Assembly (NCBI GenBank): GCA_043812655.1
Contig: JBDRLW010000046.1
Span: forward strand, 1 to 64,000
DNA length: 64,000 bases
Direction: 5' to 3'
Source: a bacterium
GTDB taxonomy: Bacteria; Margulisbacteria; WOR-1; O2-12-FULL-45-9; XYB2-FULL-48-7
Below the pieces are notes generated by a model. The model saw nothing but the letters and a program-made list of their open reading frames with translations. It ran no database searches and was not told the origin of the DNA. The translations under genes and the position numbers were made by a program. This document shows positions 21,099 through 31,591 of this stretch, one piece after another. Numbering within the stretch: position 1 is the stretch's first letter; each line of letters begins with the position of its first letter.

Positions 21099-22891
21099 TA
21101 AAACTATCTGATTACGTAATGAAGTTTATCGCGGCTGCCGGAGTAAAAGATGTCTTTATGCTCTCGGGCGGTGGCTGTATGCATTTGGTTGACTCCCTGG
21201 GTAGAAATCCTGATCTAAAGTATATTTCTTGTTTACACGAACAGGTGGTAGCTTTTGCGGCGACAGCTTACGCTCAATATACCAATAATTTAGGAGTAGC
21301 TCTAGTCACAACTGGTCCTGGCGGAACCAACGCTATTACTGGTGTGGCCGGTGCTTGGACCGATTCAATTCCTCTATTAGTCCTATCAGGTCAGGTAAAA
21401 AGAGCTGATCTAGCCAAGAATGTTGGGGTGAGGACGCTTGGGTTTCAGGAATTAGCTGTTGTTTCGATCGTTAAACCGATCACAAAATACGCAGTCACAG
21501 TTCTAGAGCCCAAAGAGATCAAATATCATTTGGAAAAAGCTTTGTATCTAGCTAAGTCTGGTCGACCAGGTCCAGTTTGGCTTGATATTCCGCTTGATGT
21601 CCAGGCGACCATGGTTGATGAGGCTGAATTAGCAGGTTTTACTGCTGAGCCGGAAGAAAAGCAAGAAACTGATATTAGAGATAAAATTTCTCAAATTATT
21701 GATCTGATAAATAATTCAAAGCGGCCGGTGATGATTGCCGGGTACGGGATTAAAATATCAAAAAGTGAAGAGAACTTTATCGAATTGGCTAAAAAATTAA
21801 ATATTCCAGTGTTAACGACCTGGAAAGCAATGGATTTATTACCGGAAGATTCACCCCTTTATTATGGGCGGCCGGGTTGTATTGGGCAAAGAGGAGCAAA
21901 CTTTATCCAGCAGAATTCTGACCTGGTGATCGCTTTGGGAGCGCGGCTTGATTATGGCCAGATCGGTTTTGACCATGAAAGCTTTGCGCGGCAAGCTAAA
22001 AAGATAATAATTGATGTTGATGGGGCAGAATTAAATAAGTTTAAGTTTAAAGTCGATATTAAGATCAATGCAGATGCCAGTGTGTTTATTAATGAGCTAG
22101 AGAACCAACTGGGCAAGCTGAAAAATGTTGATCGAGCCGTTTGGCTAAAGCGTTGCCAGGATTGGAAAGATAAATATCCTGTTATTTTGCCGGAGCATTG
22201 GCAAAAAAAAGATCTGGTCAGTACTTACGCTTTGGTTGATACATTAACGAAACATTCAGGCCAAGATGATGTATTTGCGCCGGAAAATTCTGGGGCAGCA
22301 AGCGAAATAGTGATGCAGGCTTTACGTTTAAAAAGTGGGCAAAGGGTTATAAGTACGAACACTTTGGGTTCGATGGGTTCTGGTTTGCCGGCGAGCATTG
22401 GGGCTTGTATTGCCAGCGGCAAGAAGCGGACGATCTCGGTTAATGGTGACGGCGGTTTTATGATGAATATCCAGGACCTGGAAACAGTTGCTAGACTGAA
22501 ACTGCCGATCAAATATTTTATCCTGAATAATGATGGGTATGGTTCGATCAGGAATACGCAGAGGAATTTCTTTAAAGGATTTTATGTCGGTTCAGATCAC
22601 ACGAGCGGTGTGACAATTCCTGACTTAGAGAAGATCGCTACGGCTTTTGGCCTTAAATATTTCAAGATCGCAAATAATAGCGAACTGGAAGTTAAAGTTA
22701 AAGCAGCGCTCTTTGAGCCTGGGCCAGTTTTGTGCGATGTTGTTATCGATCCGGCAGAACCAACCATGCCGAAACTTACTTCCGAGCTCAAGGCCGATGG
22801 CTCGATGGTTTCCAAACCGCTGGAAGACCTCTGGCCGTTCTTGGAGCGGGGAGAGTTTAAGGCGAATATGATCGTTAAGCTTTTAGATTAA
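21095..22891 (+). CDS. ThDP-dependent enzyme (acetolactate synthase-like, YerE-type)
   Basis: HEQ, TTGPGGTN, GRPGPVWLDIPLD, GDGG..NNDGY; located in a CDP-dideoxysugar cluster. Confidence 0.85.
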   Translation: MIKLSDYVMKFIAAAGVKDVFMLSGGGCMHLVDSLGRNPDLKYISCLHEQVVAFAATAYAQYTNNLGVALVTTGPGGTNAITGVAGAWTDSIPLLVLSGQVKRADLAKNVGVRTLGFQELAVVSIVKPITKYAVTVLEPKEIKYHLEKALYLAKSGRPGPVWLDIPLDVQATMVDEAELAGFTAEPEEKQETDIRDKISQIIDLINNSKRPVMIAGYGIKISKSEENFIELAKKLNIPVLTTWKAMDLLPEDSPLYYGRPGCIGQRGANFIQQNSDLVIALGARLDYGQIGFDHESFARQAKKIIIDVDGAELNKFKFKVDIKINADASVFINELENQLGKLKNVDRAVWLKRCQDWKDKYPVILPEHWQKKDLVSTYALVDTLTKHSGQDDVFAPENSGAASEIVMQALRLKSGQRVISTNTLGSMGSGLPASIGACIASGKKRTISVNGDGGFMMNIQDLETVARLKLPIKYFILNNDGYGSIRNTQRNFFKGFYVGSDHTSGVTIPDLEKIATAFGLKYFKIANNSELEVKVKAALFEPGPVLCDVVIDPAEPTMPKLTSELKADGSMVSKPLEDLWPFLERGEFKANMIVKLLD

Positions 22892-22895
22892 TGAA

Positions 22896-23948
22896 ATGAT
22901 AAACCATATTATTAAGGACGACTTAGAGATAATAATTAGCCATAAATTAGATTGGAGTAAATTTGATGATTCACTGGTTTTGATAACAGGCGCGAATAGT
23001 TATATCGCGGCCTACATTCTGGAAACGTTGCTTTATCTGAACGATAAATATGATAAGAAGATCAAGGTCGTGGCCTTAGCTAGAGACAAAGAAAAAGCGT
23101 TAAAGAAATATAGCCATCATCAAGGGAGGAAAGACCTGGAATTTATTTTCCAGGATGTTTGTCAGCCGATTAAAATCAAGGAACCGATAAATTTTATTGT
23201 TCATGCCGCAAGTCAATCCAGCCCAAAGTATTATGAACATGATCCGGTTGGCACCTTATGCGCCAATACAATTGGTACGATAAATCTATTAAAAATAACA
23301 AACAAAAATGACTTAAAAGGTTTTTTGTTTTTAAGTACTGGGGGAGTGTATGGGGAAGTTAAAGCAAATCAGTTGCCAACTAAAGAAAATAATTATGGAT
23401 ATATCGATCCAACAGATGTCATGTCATGTTATAACGAAAGCAAGAGAATGGGAGAGAATATTTGTGTCTGCTGGTCCCATCAATACGGGATCCCAACAAA
23501 GATCGCCAGGATCTCCTGGGTTTATGGCCCAGGGATGGATTTGAATGATGAAAGGGTTGTTTCTTCCTTTGTTTCAGACATCTTAAATAAACGTGATATT
23601 ATCATCAAAAGCGATGGTCGAGCGACAAGGTCATTTTGCTATATAGCCGATGCGACAAAAGCCTTTTTTACCCTGCTTTTGAATGGGGCAAATGGGGGCG
23701 CATATAATGTTGGAGTTGAGAAAGAGACCAGTATTTATGAGCTAGCTAAGATAATAGTCGCTCAGTCACCGAAAAATGGGATCAAAATAATAAGAAAACA
23801 TGGCCACCGATCACTTTATCACCAGCAACATGTTTTTAAGAGAAGCTGTTTGGCTATAACAAAAATAAAAAAGCTCGGGTGGAAACCCCAAATAAATATT
23901 AACGATGGCATCAAAAGAACAATTCAAAGTTATTGTAACGATGAATAA
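22896..23948 (+). CDS. NAD-dependent epimerase/dehydratase (UDP-glucuronate decarboxylase-like)
   Basis: ITGANSYI, HAASQSSP, YNESK, RSFCY. Confidence 0.8.
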   Translation: MINHIIKDDLEIIISHKLDWSKFDDSLVLITGANSYIAAYILETLLYLNDKYDKKIKVVALARDKEKALKKYSHHQGRKDLEFIFQDVCQPIKIKEPINFIVHAASQSSPKYYEHDPVGTLCANTIGTINLLKITNKNDLKGFLFLSTGGVYGEVKANQLPTKENNYGYIDPTDVMSCYNESKRMGENICVCWSHQYGIPTKIARISWVYGPGMDLNDERVVSSFVSDILNKRDIIIKSDGRATRSFCYIADATKAFFTLLLNGANGGAYNVGVEKETSIYELAKIIVAQSPKNGIKIIRKHGHRSLYHQQHVFKRSCLAITKIKKLGWKPQININDGIKRTIQSYCNDE

Positions 23949-23976
23949 TCATGATCTGTCAGGAATAAATTAAAAA

Positions 23977-24867
23977 ATGAAAGTTTTTATTACAGGCGGA
24001 GCTGGCTTTATAGCCAAAAATCTAACAGAACAATTGCAAAATGATGATGAGATTTTTGATTGTGATGTTGAGAAGCTGGATTTATTAGATGATCAGAAAG
24101 TATTGAGCTATTTAAAGAAAAACAAATTTGATGTGGTCATCCATACTGCGACATATGATGTTATCACGAGACGATCGACCAAAGATCCAGCCAAGGTCTT
24201 AGAAAACAATCTCCGGATGTATTTCAATCTTATTAGAGGTCAAGATTATTATGGCCGATTGCTCTATTTTGGGTCAGGAGCGGAATATGGCAGGGAAAAA
24301 TGGCAAGCCAAAATGAGAGAAGATTATTATGACCAAAATGTCCCGACCGATCAATATGGCTACTCAAAATATCTAATGACTAAATACGCGTTATTGCATA
24401 AAGATATTATTAATCTTAGGTTATTCGCTGTCTTTGGTAAATATGAAGAGTGGAGAGCCCGGTTTATTTCTAATGCGTGCTGTCGAGCGGTCTTAAACCT
24501 GCCGATCGAGATCAAGCAAAATGTCTTTTTTGATTATTTATATATTGATGATCTGGTGAAAATAGTTAAATGGTTTATCCATAATAAGCCGGCCAAGAAG
24601 GTGTATAACATTTGTACTGGCCAGGCGAATGATTTAAAGACGCTTGCTGAAATGGTTAGACAAATATCAGGAAAAAGATTGGATATTATTATTAAAACAG
24701 AAGGGTTGGGGCGAGAATATAGTGGGGACAACTCATTATTAATGAGGGAGTTGAAAAACCTGGAGCTTAGCCCGTTAGAGGGATCGATTAAAAAACTTTA
24801 TGATTGGTATGCTGACAACAAAGTAATGATCAAAGATTATTTTCAAAAGAAGTGCCTAGCACCATGA
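23977..24867 (+). CDS. NAD-dependent epimerase/reductase (SDR)
   Basis: ITGGAGFI, FGSGAEY, YGYSK. Confidence 0.8.
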   Translation: MKVFITGGAGFIAKNLTEQLQNDDEIFDCDVEKLDLLDDQKVLSYLKKNKFDVVIHTATYDVITRRSTKDPAKVLENNLRMYFNLIRGQDYYGRLLYFGSGAEYGREKWQAKMREDYYDQNVPTDQYGYSKYLMTKYALLHKDIINLRLFAVFGKYEEWRARFISNACCRAVLNLPIEIKQNVFFDYLYIDDLVKIVKWFIHNKPAKKVYNICTGQANDLKTLAEMVRQISGKRLDIIIKTEGLGREYSGDNSLLMRELKNLELSPLEGSIKKLYDWYADNKVMIKDYFQKKCLAP

Positions 24868-25802
24868 CAAAAAGAAAAAAACAATATCAGGGCTTGCTAG
24901 ATATTAGGACTAACTATAAGTCGGGTTTGATAAATAAAGCGGATTATATCGATCAATGTCAGGCGCGACATCTTCAATTATTTGATTATCCTGGATTTAT
25001 GATGGGAACAAATATTTCATCAATTGAGATCAAGGATCATGGCATTTGCCTTACAACACGCAATGAAGGGATCAAGATGATGGCAAGCCAAATTGACAAA
25101 AGAACTGCGCCAATAGAAATGCTAAATTTTGGGGATGCGGAGAAAGACGAAATGATAATATTAAAAAAACTTATTAAGAAAAACAGGAAAAAGAATATCA
25201 CGATATTAGATGTTGGGGCTAATATCGGGTGGTTTAGTCTATATTATGCAAAAGCCTTGCCTGGATCTCAAATATATTCATTTGAGCCGATTGCTAATAA
25301 TTATGCCAATATTTTGTTTAATATAAAATTAAATGGCTTAAAGAATATAAAAGCTGTCAATGTTGGGGTTTCAGACCATCAAGGGGTGGCAACTTTTTAT
25401 TGTGATCAGGAAATTACCGCCAATGCTTCCTTGGTTAAGCATAGCGCCAGAAAGCATTTAGAAGAAAAGAACGTGAAATTGGTGACGTTAGACAAGTATT
25501 GCGGCCAAAATGGAATTAGACCGGACCTACTTAAAGTCGATGTCGAGGGGGCGGAATTATTTGTGTTTAAAGGGGCGAAACGGATCCTGGCCGATCATCA
25601 TCCGATCGTTTTCGCTGAAATGCTTCGCAAGTGGGCGGAGAAATTTAATTATCACCCTAACCAAATAATTGAATTATTGAATAATTATGGATACCAATGC
25701 TTCCGTTTGTGCGGCGACAGATTGAGGCTTTTTGCCAAGATGGATGACTCAACTAAGGAAACGAATTTCTTTTTTCTTGATCAACGATACCATAAAATAT
25801 GA
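24864..25802 (+). CDS. FkbM family methyltransferase
   Basis: LDVGANIG, SFEP, KVDVEGAE. Confidence 0.88.
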   Translation: MTKRKKQYQGLLDIRTNYKSGLINKADYIDQCQARHLQLFDYPGFMMGTNISSIEIKDHGICLTTRNEGIKMMASQIDKRTAPIEMLNFGDAEKDEMIILKKLIKKNRKKNITILDVGANIGWFSLYYAKALPGSQIYSFEPIANNYANILFNIKLNGLKNIKAVNVGVSDHQGVATFYCDQEITANASLVKHSARKHLEEKNVKLVTLDKYCGQNGIRPDLLKVDVEGAELFVFKGAKRILADHHPIVFAEMLRKWAEKFNYHPNQIIELLNNYGYQCFRLCGDRLRLFAKMDDSTKETNFFFLDQRYHKI

Positions 25803-25806
25803 ACCG

Positions 25807-26298
25807 ATGAATATATTTAAGGCGATCAAGGATATTGATGAACAGGTTGCCGATGCTTCGCAGGGCTTACCCGAAGAACTGTTTTTTTTAATTAGCCGGC
25901 TTGTACCAATGGTTAATGTTGACTTGCTTATTAAAGACGAAAAGGGGCGGATCCTTTTAGCCTGGCGGGATGATCAATATGCCGGCATTGGCTGGCATTT
26001 GCCTGGCGGGATAGTGCGTTTCAAGGAAAAATTAGAAAAGCGGATCGATCAGGTAGCTTTAACTGAGATCGGGCAGGCGGTGTCATTTGAACCGGTGCCT
26101 TTGGCAATGAATCAAGTCATTTGTGAGCATGAGATAAGGGGCCATTTTATTTCAATTTTATATAAATGTTCTTTGCCAGGCCAATTTATCCCCAAAAATG
26201 CCGGGTTAACGAACAAAGACCCGGGCTTCTTAAAATGGCACGAAGCTTGCCCAGAAAACCTAGTCAAAGTCCATGAGATGTATCGAAAATATGTTTAG
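25807..26298 (+). CDS. NUDIX hydrolase (GDP-mannose hydrolase-like)
   Basis: PMVNVDLLI, WHLPGGIVRFKE. Confidence 0.7.
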   Translation: MNIFKAIKDIDEQVADASQGLPEELFFLISRLVPMVNVDLLIKDEKGRILLAWRDDQYAGIGWHLPGGIVRFKEKLEKRIDQVALTEIGQAVSFEPVPLAMNQVICEHEIRGHFISILYKCSLPGQFIPKNAGLTNKDPGFLKWHEACPENLVKVHEMYRKYV

Positions 26299-26306
26299 GA
26301 GTATTT

Positions 26307-27443
26307 ATGAAAACAAATAAATGTCGGGTTTGTGGCCATGATCTTTTTAAAGCTCCTTTATTGAAGCTGGAAAACATGCCGAAGGCAGCCCAATATTTGC
26401 CTGATGCAAAAACACTTGTTAATGATAACGGGATCAGGCTTGAGGTCTGTCAATGTTCTGGTTGCGGTCTAGTCCAATTAAATAATAAACCGGTGCCATA
26501 TTATCGGGAAGTAATCCGCGCGGCGGCCTTTTCTCCGGAGATGCGAATTTTTCGGGCTAAACAATTTGCCGCTTTTGTGTCACGCTATTCGCTAAAAGGG
26601 GAAAAAGTTATTGAAATAGGTTGTGGGCACGGCGAATATTTGGAGATCATGCGGGAGCAAGGGGTTGAGGCTTTTGGTCTGGAACATTTGGCTAAGGCGG
26701 TCGCCCAATGCAAGAAGAAAGGTCTAAAAACGAGACAGGGTTTTATTGACAAGGCGTCTACTAAAATTCTTGGAGCGCCTTTTGTGGCTTTTTTTATGAT
26801 GAGCTTTTTAGAACATTTGCCTGAGCCTAATACAACGCTAGTTGGAATCAGGAATAATTTAGATGATGGGGGGTTCGGCTTGGTCGAGGTCCCCAATTTT
26901 GATCTCATCTTACAGCAAAACCTTTTTGCGGAATTCATTGGCGACCATTTGTTTTACTTTACTAAAGAGACTTTAGCGCGGACCTTAGAGCTTAATGGTT
27001 TTGATGTTATTGAATGTCAAGAAGTTTGGCATAATTATATTATTTCGGCAGTGGTAAAAAAGCGCCGGAAGCTTGAGCTGAATGGTTTAAAGCACCAGCA
27101 AACGTGCTTAAAATTTGAAATACAAGCGTTGCTAGACAGATATCAAGAGAAACAGGTGGCGGTTTGGGGGGCAGGGCACCAAGCGTTAGCTCTTATTGCC
27201 TTAATGGGGATTGCTAAAAAGATCAAATATGTGGTTGATTCGGCTACCTTTAAACAAGGGAAATATACTCCTGCCACGCATCTCCCGATCGTGGGACCTG
27301 ACAAACTGGACAGTGATCCGGCTAAAGCGATTATTGTTGTGGCCGCTAGTTATTCAGCTGAAGTAGTAGGGATCATAAAACAAAAATATGGCAATAAAGT
27401 TGAAATATTTGTTATTAAAGAAGGAACGATTAAGACAGTATGA
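26307..27443 (+). CDS. NDP-sugar C-methyltransferase-like protein
   Basis: CRVC..CSGC Zn sites, EIGCGHG, LEHLPEP, WGAGH..KQGKYTP C-terminal domain. Confidence 0.75.
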   Translation: MKTNKCRVCGHDLFKAPLLKLENMPKAAQYLPDAKTLVNDNGIRLEVCQCSGCGLVQLNNKPVPYYREVIRAAAFSPEMRIFRAKQFAAFVSRYSLKGEKVIEIGCGHGEYLEIMREQGVEAFGLEHLAKAVAQCKKKGLKTRQGFIDKASTKILGAPFVAFFMMSFLEHLPEPNTTLVGIRNNLDDGGFGLVEVPNFDLILQQNLFAEFIGDHLFYFTKETLARTLELNGFDVIECQEVWHNYIISAVVKKRRKLELNGLKHQQTCLKFEIQALLDRYQEKQVAVWGAGHQALALIALMGIAKKIKYVVDSATFKQGKYTPATHLPIVGPDKLDSDPAKAIIVVAASYSAEVVGIIKQKYGNKVEIFVIKEGTIKTV

Positions 27444-29110
27444 TCGCTAACGTGCGGACTAAGGCTAAAACAAAAATATTATTTATTATCCCACCTCATA
27501 TAAGCTTCAGGCAATATATTCATCCAGCTTTTAATGAAAGAGTCCTCCATAAAAAAAACGGTGATTTTGGTAGCGTCTTAACTGATATGCCGTTAGGGGT
27601 TTTGGCCATAAGCAGCTATATCAAGAAACATGCCGAAGCAGAGGTAAGGCTGATAGATTTTAACATTGTTTTGAACAAACTAGACGAATTTAACTTTAGT
27701 TCTTTTCAGGATTTTTTTCGTGATCAGCTAAAAGTCCATAAAATGGCTGGCTATGAACCGGACATAATAGGGATTTCCGCGCTCTTCACTCCGGCTTACC
27801 GGAATATGTTGGATATCAGCCTCTGTTGTCGGGAAATATTCCCGCCAACCGTTATCGTCGCTGGCGGTAGTGTGCCGACCAACCTTTATAAGGAAATCTT
27901 TGCCGAAAGTAACAGTTTTGACGGTCTTTGTTTTGGTGAAGGGGAAAAGCCGTTCTTGGCGTTGGTTAAGGCCACCGACAAAAAACGCCTGCTCTGCGAA
28001 CATGATTCTTGGATCACTCAAGAAAAGGTTCAAGCGAATCGATCTTATCAGCACGATTTTATTGAAGATCTTGATCAGATACCTTTTACCGACTACAGCA
28101 TCTGTAAAATGACCGAATATGGCCGTAATCCAGCCATTACTGCGTACGCTTCGCTTGTTGATCAGAACCAGAATTTTCACGTGATGACATCGCGCGGCTG
28201 TCCGCACCGCTGTTGTTTCTGCTCTTCCCATACCGTTCATGGTCGGCAGATGCGTTATTACAGCGTGGCTCGTGTAAAAGAGGATTTTCAACGATTAAGA
28301 GATCAATATGGGGCAAAGATCCTGGTTTTCCAAGATGATCACTTTGTGGCTGACCGAAAGAGGGCTTTAGAAATAATCGGGATCGTTAAAGAACTTAATT
28401 TAAGAGCGGTTTTTCAAAATGGACTAGCGTTATACGCGCTTGATCGGCCAATACTTGAAGCTTTGAGGAGCGCGGGGGTCGATCAACTTCTTTTGTCCGT
28501 CGAATCAGGCAGTGCCAGAGTACTTAAGGAAATTATGCACAAGCCGCTTGACCTGACCATTGTCCAGCGGGTAGCTAATGATTGCCGCCAATTAGGGATT
28601 TACACGAATGTGAATATTTTGATCGGTCTGCCAGGAGAAACCAAACAAGATATACAGGATGCTAGGGATTTTTTAAAGACGATCAATGCCAACTGGTTCC
28701 TGATATTTTGCGCCAATCCCTTAGTCGGGAGTGAGATGTTTGATATTTGCCGTGAGAAAAAACATCTTAAGGGTGATCATATTGATTGCGATTATAAGAA
28801 AGCGGTTGTTGAGACAGAAGATTTTTCCGCTGAATACATCCAGGACATGGCTTATATAATGAACTTGGAACTTAATTTTGTGGAGAATAGCGATTTCCGG
28901 TTGGGTAATTATGCGATAGCCTTGAAGGGGTTTGAGAGCGCGATCAAAGCCAAAGATGACCATGCGCTGGCTTATTTTTGTGCCGCCAGATGTTATGATA
29001 AACTTGGGGAAAGGGGAAAAGCTGGTCAATATATGTCTAAGGCAAAAGAAATTGTCAAGAATAGCGCTTTTTGGCGAAAATATGCCGAGATGTTTAACCT
29101 TCCAATTTAA
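27440..29110 (+). CDS. cobalamin-binding radical SAM enzyme with C-terminal TPR-like helix
   Basis: MPLGV, GEGE, SRGCPHRCCFC, VESGS, IGLPGET. Confidence 0.85.
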   Translation: MIANVRTKAKTKILFIIPPHISFRQYIHPAFNERVLHKKNGDFGSVLTDMPLGVLAISSYIKKHAEAEVRLIDFNIVLNKLDEFNFSSFQDFFRDQLKVHKMAGYEPDIIGISALFTPAYRNMLDISLCCREIFPPTVIVAGGSVPTNLYKEIFAESNSFDGLCFGEGEKPFLALVKATDKKRLLCEHDSWITQEKVQANRSYQHDFIEDLDQIPFTDYSICKMTEYGRNPAITAYASLVDQNQNFHVMTSRGCPHRCCFCSSHTVHGRQMRYYSVARVKEDFQRLRDQYGAKILVFQDDHFVADRKRALEIIGIVKELNLRAVFQNGLALYALDRPILEALRSAGVDQLLLSVESGSARVLKEIMHKPLDLTIVQRVANDCRQLGIYTNVNILIGLPGETKQDIQDARDFLKTINANWFLIFCANPLVGSEMFDICREKKHLKGDHIDCDYKKAVVETEDFSAEYIQDMAYIMNLELNFVENSDFRLGNYAIALKGFESAIKAKDDHALAYFCAARCYDKLGERGKAGQYMSKAKEIVKNSAFWRKYAEMFNLPI

Positions 29111-29125
29111 TAAAAGGAGAAGAGT

Positions 29126-30223
29126 ATGTCTGATCAAACAGGGCAATTAAAAACGAACGAGATTGAAAAAAGAAATTCATTGAAAAAAGACAAACCGCAT
29201 GTTTTTGCCAAGATCATGAAATACGACGAAAAAATAAAACGGGGAGAAAGCATTGCGATTATCCAGTTCCAATATGACTATACCTGTAATTTTCGCTGTG
29301 AGCACTGCTCGGTCAAGCGATTTCAGGGTAAAAACGATAAACGATGTTTTACGATCGACGATGTTAAAGAGCTCTCCCGGCAGGCGGATGAAATGGGGTT
29401 GGCCCATATAGTTATTACTGGGGGAGAACCGTTGGTGTTCTCCGATTTTGATGAGCTAGTCAAGGCGATCGATCCGCAAAAATTCTACATCACTTCTGAT
29501 ACCAATGGGTGGTTGTTGGATGAGGCCAAGGCAAAACATATTAAAAGCTTAGGCGTTGATAAGATCCAGCTTAGCTTGGATAGTTTGGATCCGGCAGTGC
29601 ATGATGAGTTTCGGCGCCAGAAAGGATCACATGAGCGGGCGCTCAAAGCGATCGAAGCGGCACAAACAGCGGAGCTAAACATCATCGTTCAAACAGTCGT
29701 GACCAAGCAAAGGATCCGTTCTCAAGAATTTATTGATTTCTTGAAGTTCCTTAATGATAAAGGAGTGGGAGTCTTTGTTACTTATGCAAAACCTGTTGGC
29801 GCTTGGGAAGGCAATTATGACGCACTGGTAGATCGAAGTGATATGGATTATATGCGGGAACTGGAGAAAAAATATAATGTGTTTACCCATCTAACGCCTT
29901 CTTACGGTCTTGATCTTGGTTGTATCGGTGTAAAGAGGATGATTTCCATTACCCAGTATGGTGATGTTTTGCCTTGTCCCTATATCCATGTTTCACTGGG
30001 CAACTTCTTTCAAGAACCGTTGAAGGATATTGTAGAAAAAGGCTTGAATATTAAGCATTTTGGTCAGTATTGTGATACTTGTTGGATCGCTGAAGATAGG
30101 GAATTTATCAAGAAATACGTCTCTGGCAGGATTTACGGCAAACCATTGCCGGTACCCTATGATGAAGTATTTTTTAAAGAAGATATAATTGAACCGAAAG
30201 ATCGACGTTTGTATCGCATTTAA
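29126..30223 (+). CDS. radical SAM/SPASM(twitch) protein
   Basis: CNFRCEHC, TGGEP, C..GDVLPCPY. Confidence 0.85.
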   Translation: MSDQTGQLKTNEIEKRNSLKKDKPHVFAKIMKYDEKIKRGESIAIIQFQYDYTCNFRCEHCSVKRFQGKNDKRCFTIDDVKELSRQADEMGLAHIVITGGEPLVFSDFDELVKAIDPQKFYITSDTNGWLLDEAKAKHIKSLGVDKIQLSLDSLDPAVHDEFRRQKGSHERALKAIEAAQTAELNIIVQTVVTKQRIRSQEFIDFLKFLNDKGVGVFVTYAKPVGAWEGNYDALVDRSDMDYMRELEKKYNVFTHLTPSYGLDLGCIGVKRMISITQYGDVLPCPYIHVSLGNFFQEPLKDIVEKGLNIKHFGQYCDTCWIAEDREFIKKYVSGRIYGKPLPVPYDEVFFKEDIIEPKDRRLYRI

Positions 30224-30235
30224 TAGGGGGAAGAA

Positions 30236-31165
30236 ATGAAAAAGATAAGCATAGTTACACCGACATATAATGAGGCAGGGAATGTAAGGGAAATATACAG
30301 GCAGGTAAAGGAAATATTTAGCAAATTGCCGGAATACAAGTATGAACATTTATTTATTGACAATGCTTCAAAAGACCAGACGGTTGAGATTTTAAAAGAA
30401 ATAGCGGCTAACGATAATAATATTAAAATTATTGTTAATACCCGTAACTTTGGCCATATTCGCTCGGGATATTATGGTTTTTTGAAAACAACAGGTGATG
30501 CGGTTATCACCTTGGTCGCTGATTTACAAGATCCTCCAACAATGATAATCGATTTTATCAGGAAGTGGAAAGAGGGATACAAGATTGTGGTTGGAGTAAA
30601 AAAAAAGAGTCAGGAGTCTCGGTTGATGTTTGTGGTTCGCAACCTTTTTTACCGGTTAATTGGGACTTTATCAGAAGTTGAACAAGTGAGAGGGTTTACT
30701 GGTTTTGGATTATATGATAAAAGGGTGGTCGAGATACTCAAACAAATTGATGATCCTTATCCGTATTTTAGGGGCTTGATCACGGATCTTGGCTTTGAAA
30801 TAGCAAAAGTAGAATATTTTCAACCGAAGCGCTGGCACGGGAGAACAAAGAATAATTTTTATACCCTCTACGACTTGGCGATGCTGGGCATTACCAACCA
30901 TTCAAAAATTCCTTTACGCCTGGCAACCATGCTTGGGTTTTTGATCTCAATTCTTTCTATTTTGACCGCCTTTGGATACTTGATCTACAAGTTGGTTTTC
31001 TGGAACAATTTTAACGTTGGGATTGCCCCGTTAGTGATCGGTTTCTTTTTCTTTGCTTCTGTTCAGCTTTTCTTTATCGGGATACTTGGCGAGTATATTG
31101 GCTCAATTCATACCCAGGTATTGAAGCGGCCGCTGGTGATCGAGAAAGAGCGGATAAACTTTTAA
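30236..31165 (+). CDS. GtrB-like polyprenyl-phosphate glycosyltransferase (GT2)
   Basis: VTPTYNE, RNFGH, ADLQDPP, two C-terminal TMs, GILGEYIG. Confidence 0.88.
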   Translation: MKKISIVTPTYNEAGNVREIYRQVKEIFSKLPEYKYEHLFIDNASKDQTVEILKEIAANDNNIKIIVNTRNFGHIRSGYYGFLKTTGDAVITLVADLQDPPTMIIDFIRKWKEGYKIVVGVKKKSQESRLMFVVRNLFYRLIGTLSEVEQVRGFTGFGLYDKRVVEILKQIDDPYPYFRGLITDLGFEIAKVEYFQPKRWHGRTKNNFYTLYDLAMLGITNHSKIPLRLATMLGFLISILSILTAFGYLIYKLVFWNNFNVGIAPLVIGFFFFASVQLFFIGILGEYIGSIHTQVLKRPLVIEKERINF

Positions 31166-31591
31166 ATGAAGGCGCTCTATCGGCAGCATAAGGATAAGAT
31201 CAATTATCTTTTAGTTGGCGCTTGGAACACTTTATTTGGTTATTGTGTTTTTCTTTTGTTATATTTTTTGTTTGCCGCTAAGATCCATTATCTGTTTTTG
31301 CTGGTATTTAGCAATATCTTGGCTATTACCAATGCTTATATCGGCTACAAGATCTTTGTCTTTCGGACTAAGGGAAATTATTTAAAAGAATATCTACGTT
31401 TCTATGTGGTATATGGAGCGGCGATGATCTTGAATATGATAATATTGCCGTTCGTTGTAGAGTTGTTTAAACTTTCACCACCGATAGCCCAAACAGGGCT
31501 AATGCTGATCAATATAATATTTAGTTATTTGGGGCATAAATATTTTTCATTTGAACAAAGCGCAATCAAGAAAAGCACTACTGGGATTTGA
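31166..31591 (+). CDS. GtrA family lipid-linked sugar translocase
   Basis: 141 aa, four TMs, YLLVGAWNT, FVF, YLGHKYFSF. Confidence 0.85.
   Translation: MKALYRQHKDKINYLLVGAWNTLFGYCVFLLLYFLFAAKIHYLFLLVFSNILAITNAYIGYKIFVFRTKGNYLKEYLRFYVVYGAAMILNMIILPFVVELFKLSPPIAQTGLMLINIIFSYLGHKYFSFEQSAIKKSTTGI

Noticed and set aside
21095..22891. Housekeeping acetolactate synthase ilvB
   Set aside because: No ilvN/ilvC nearby; embedded in a CDP-sugar cluster
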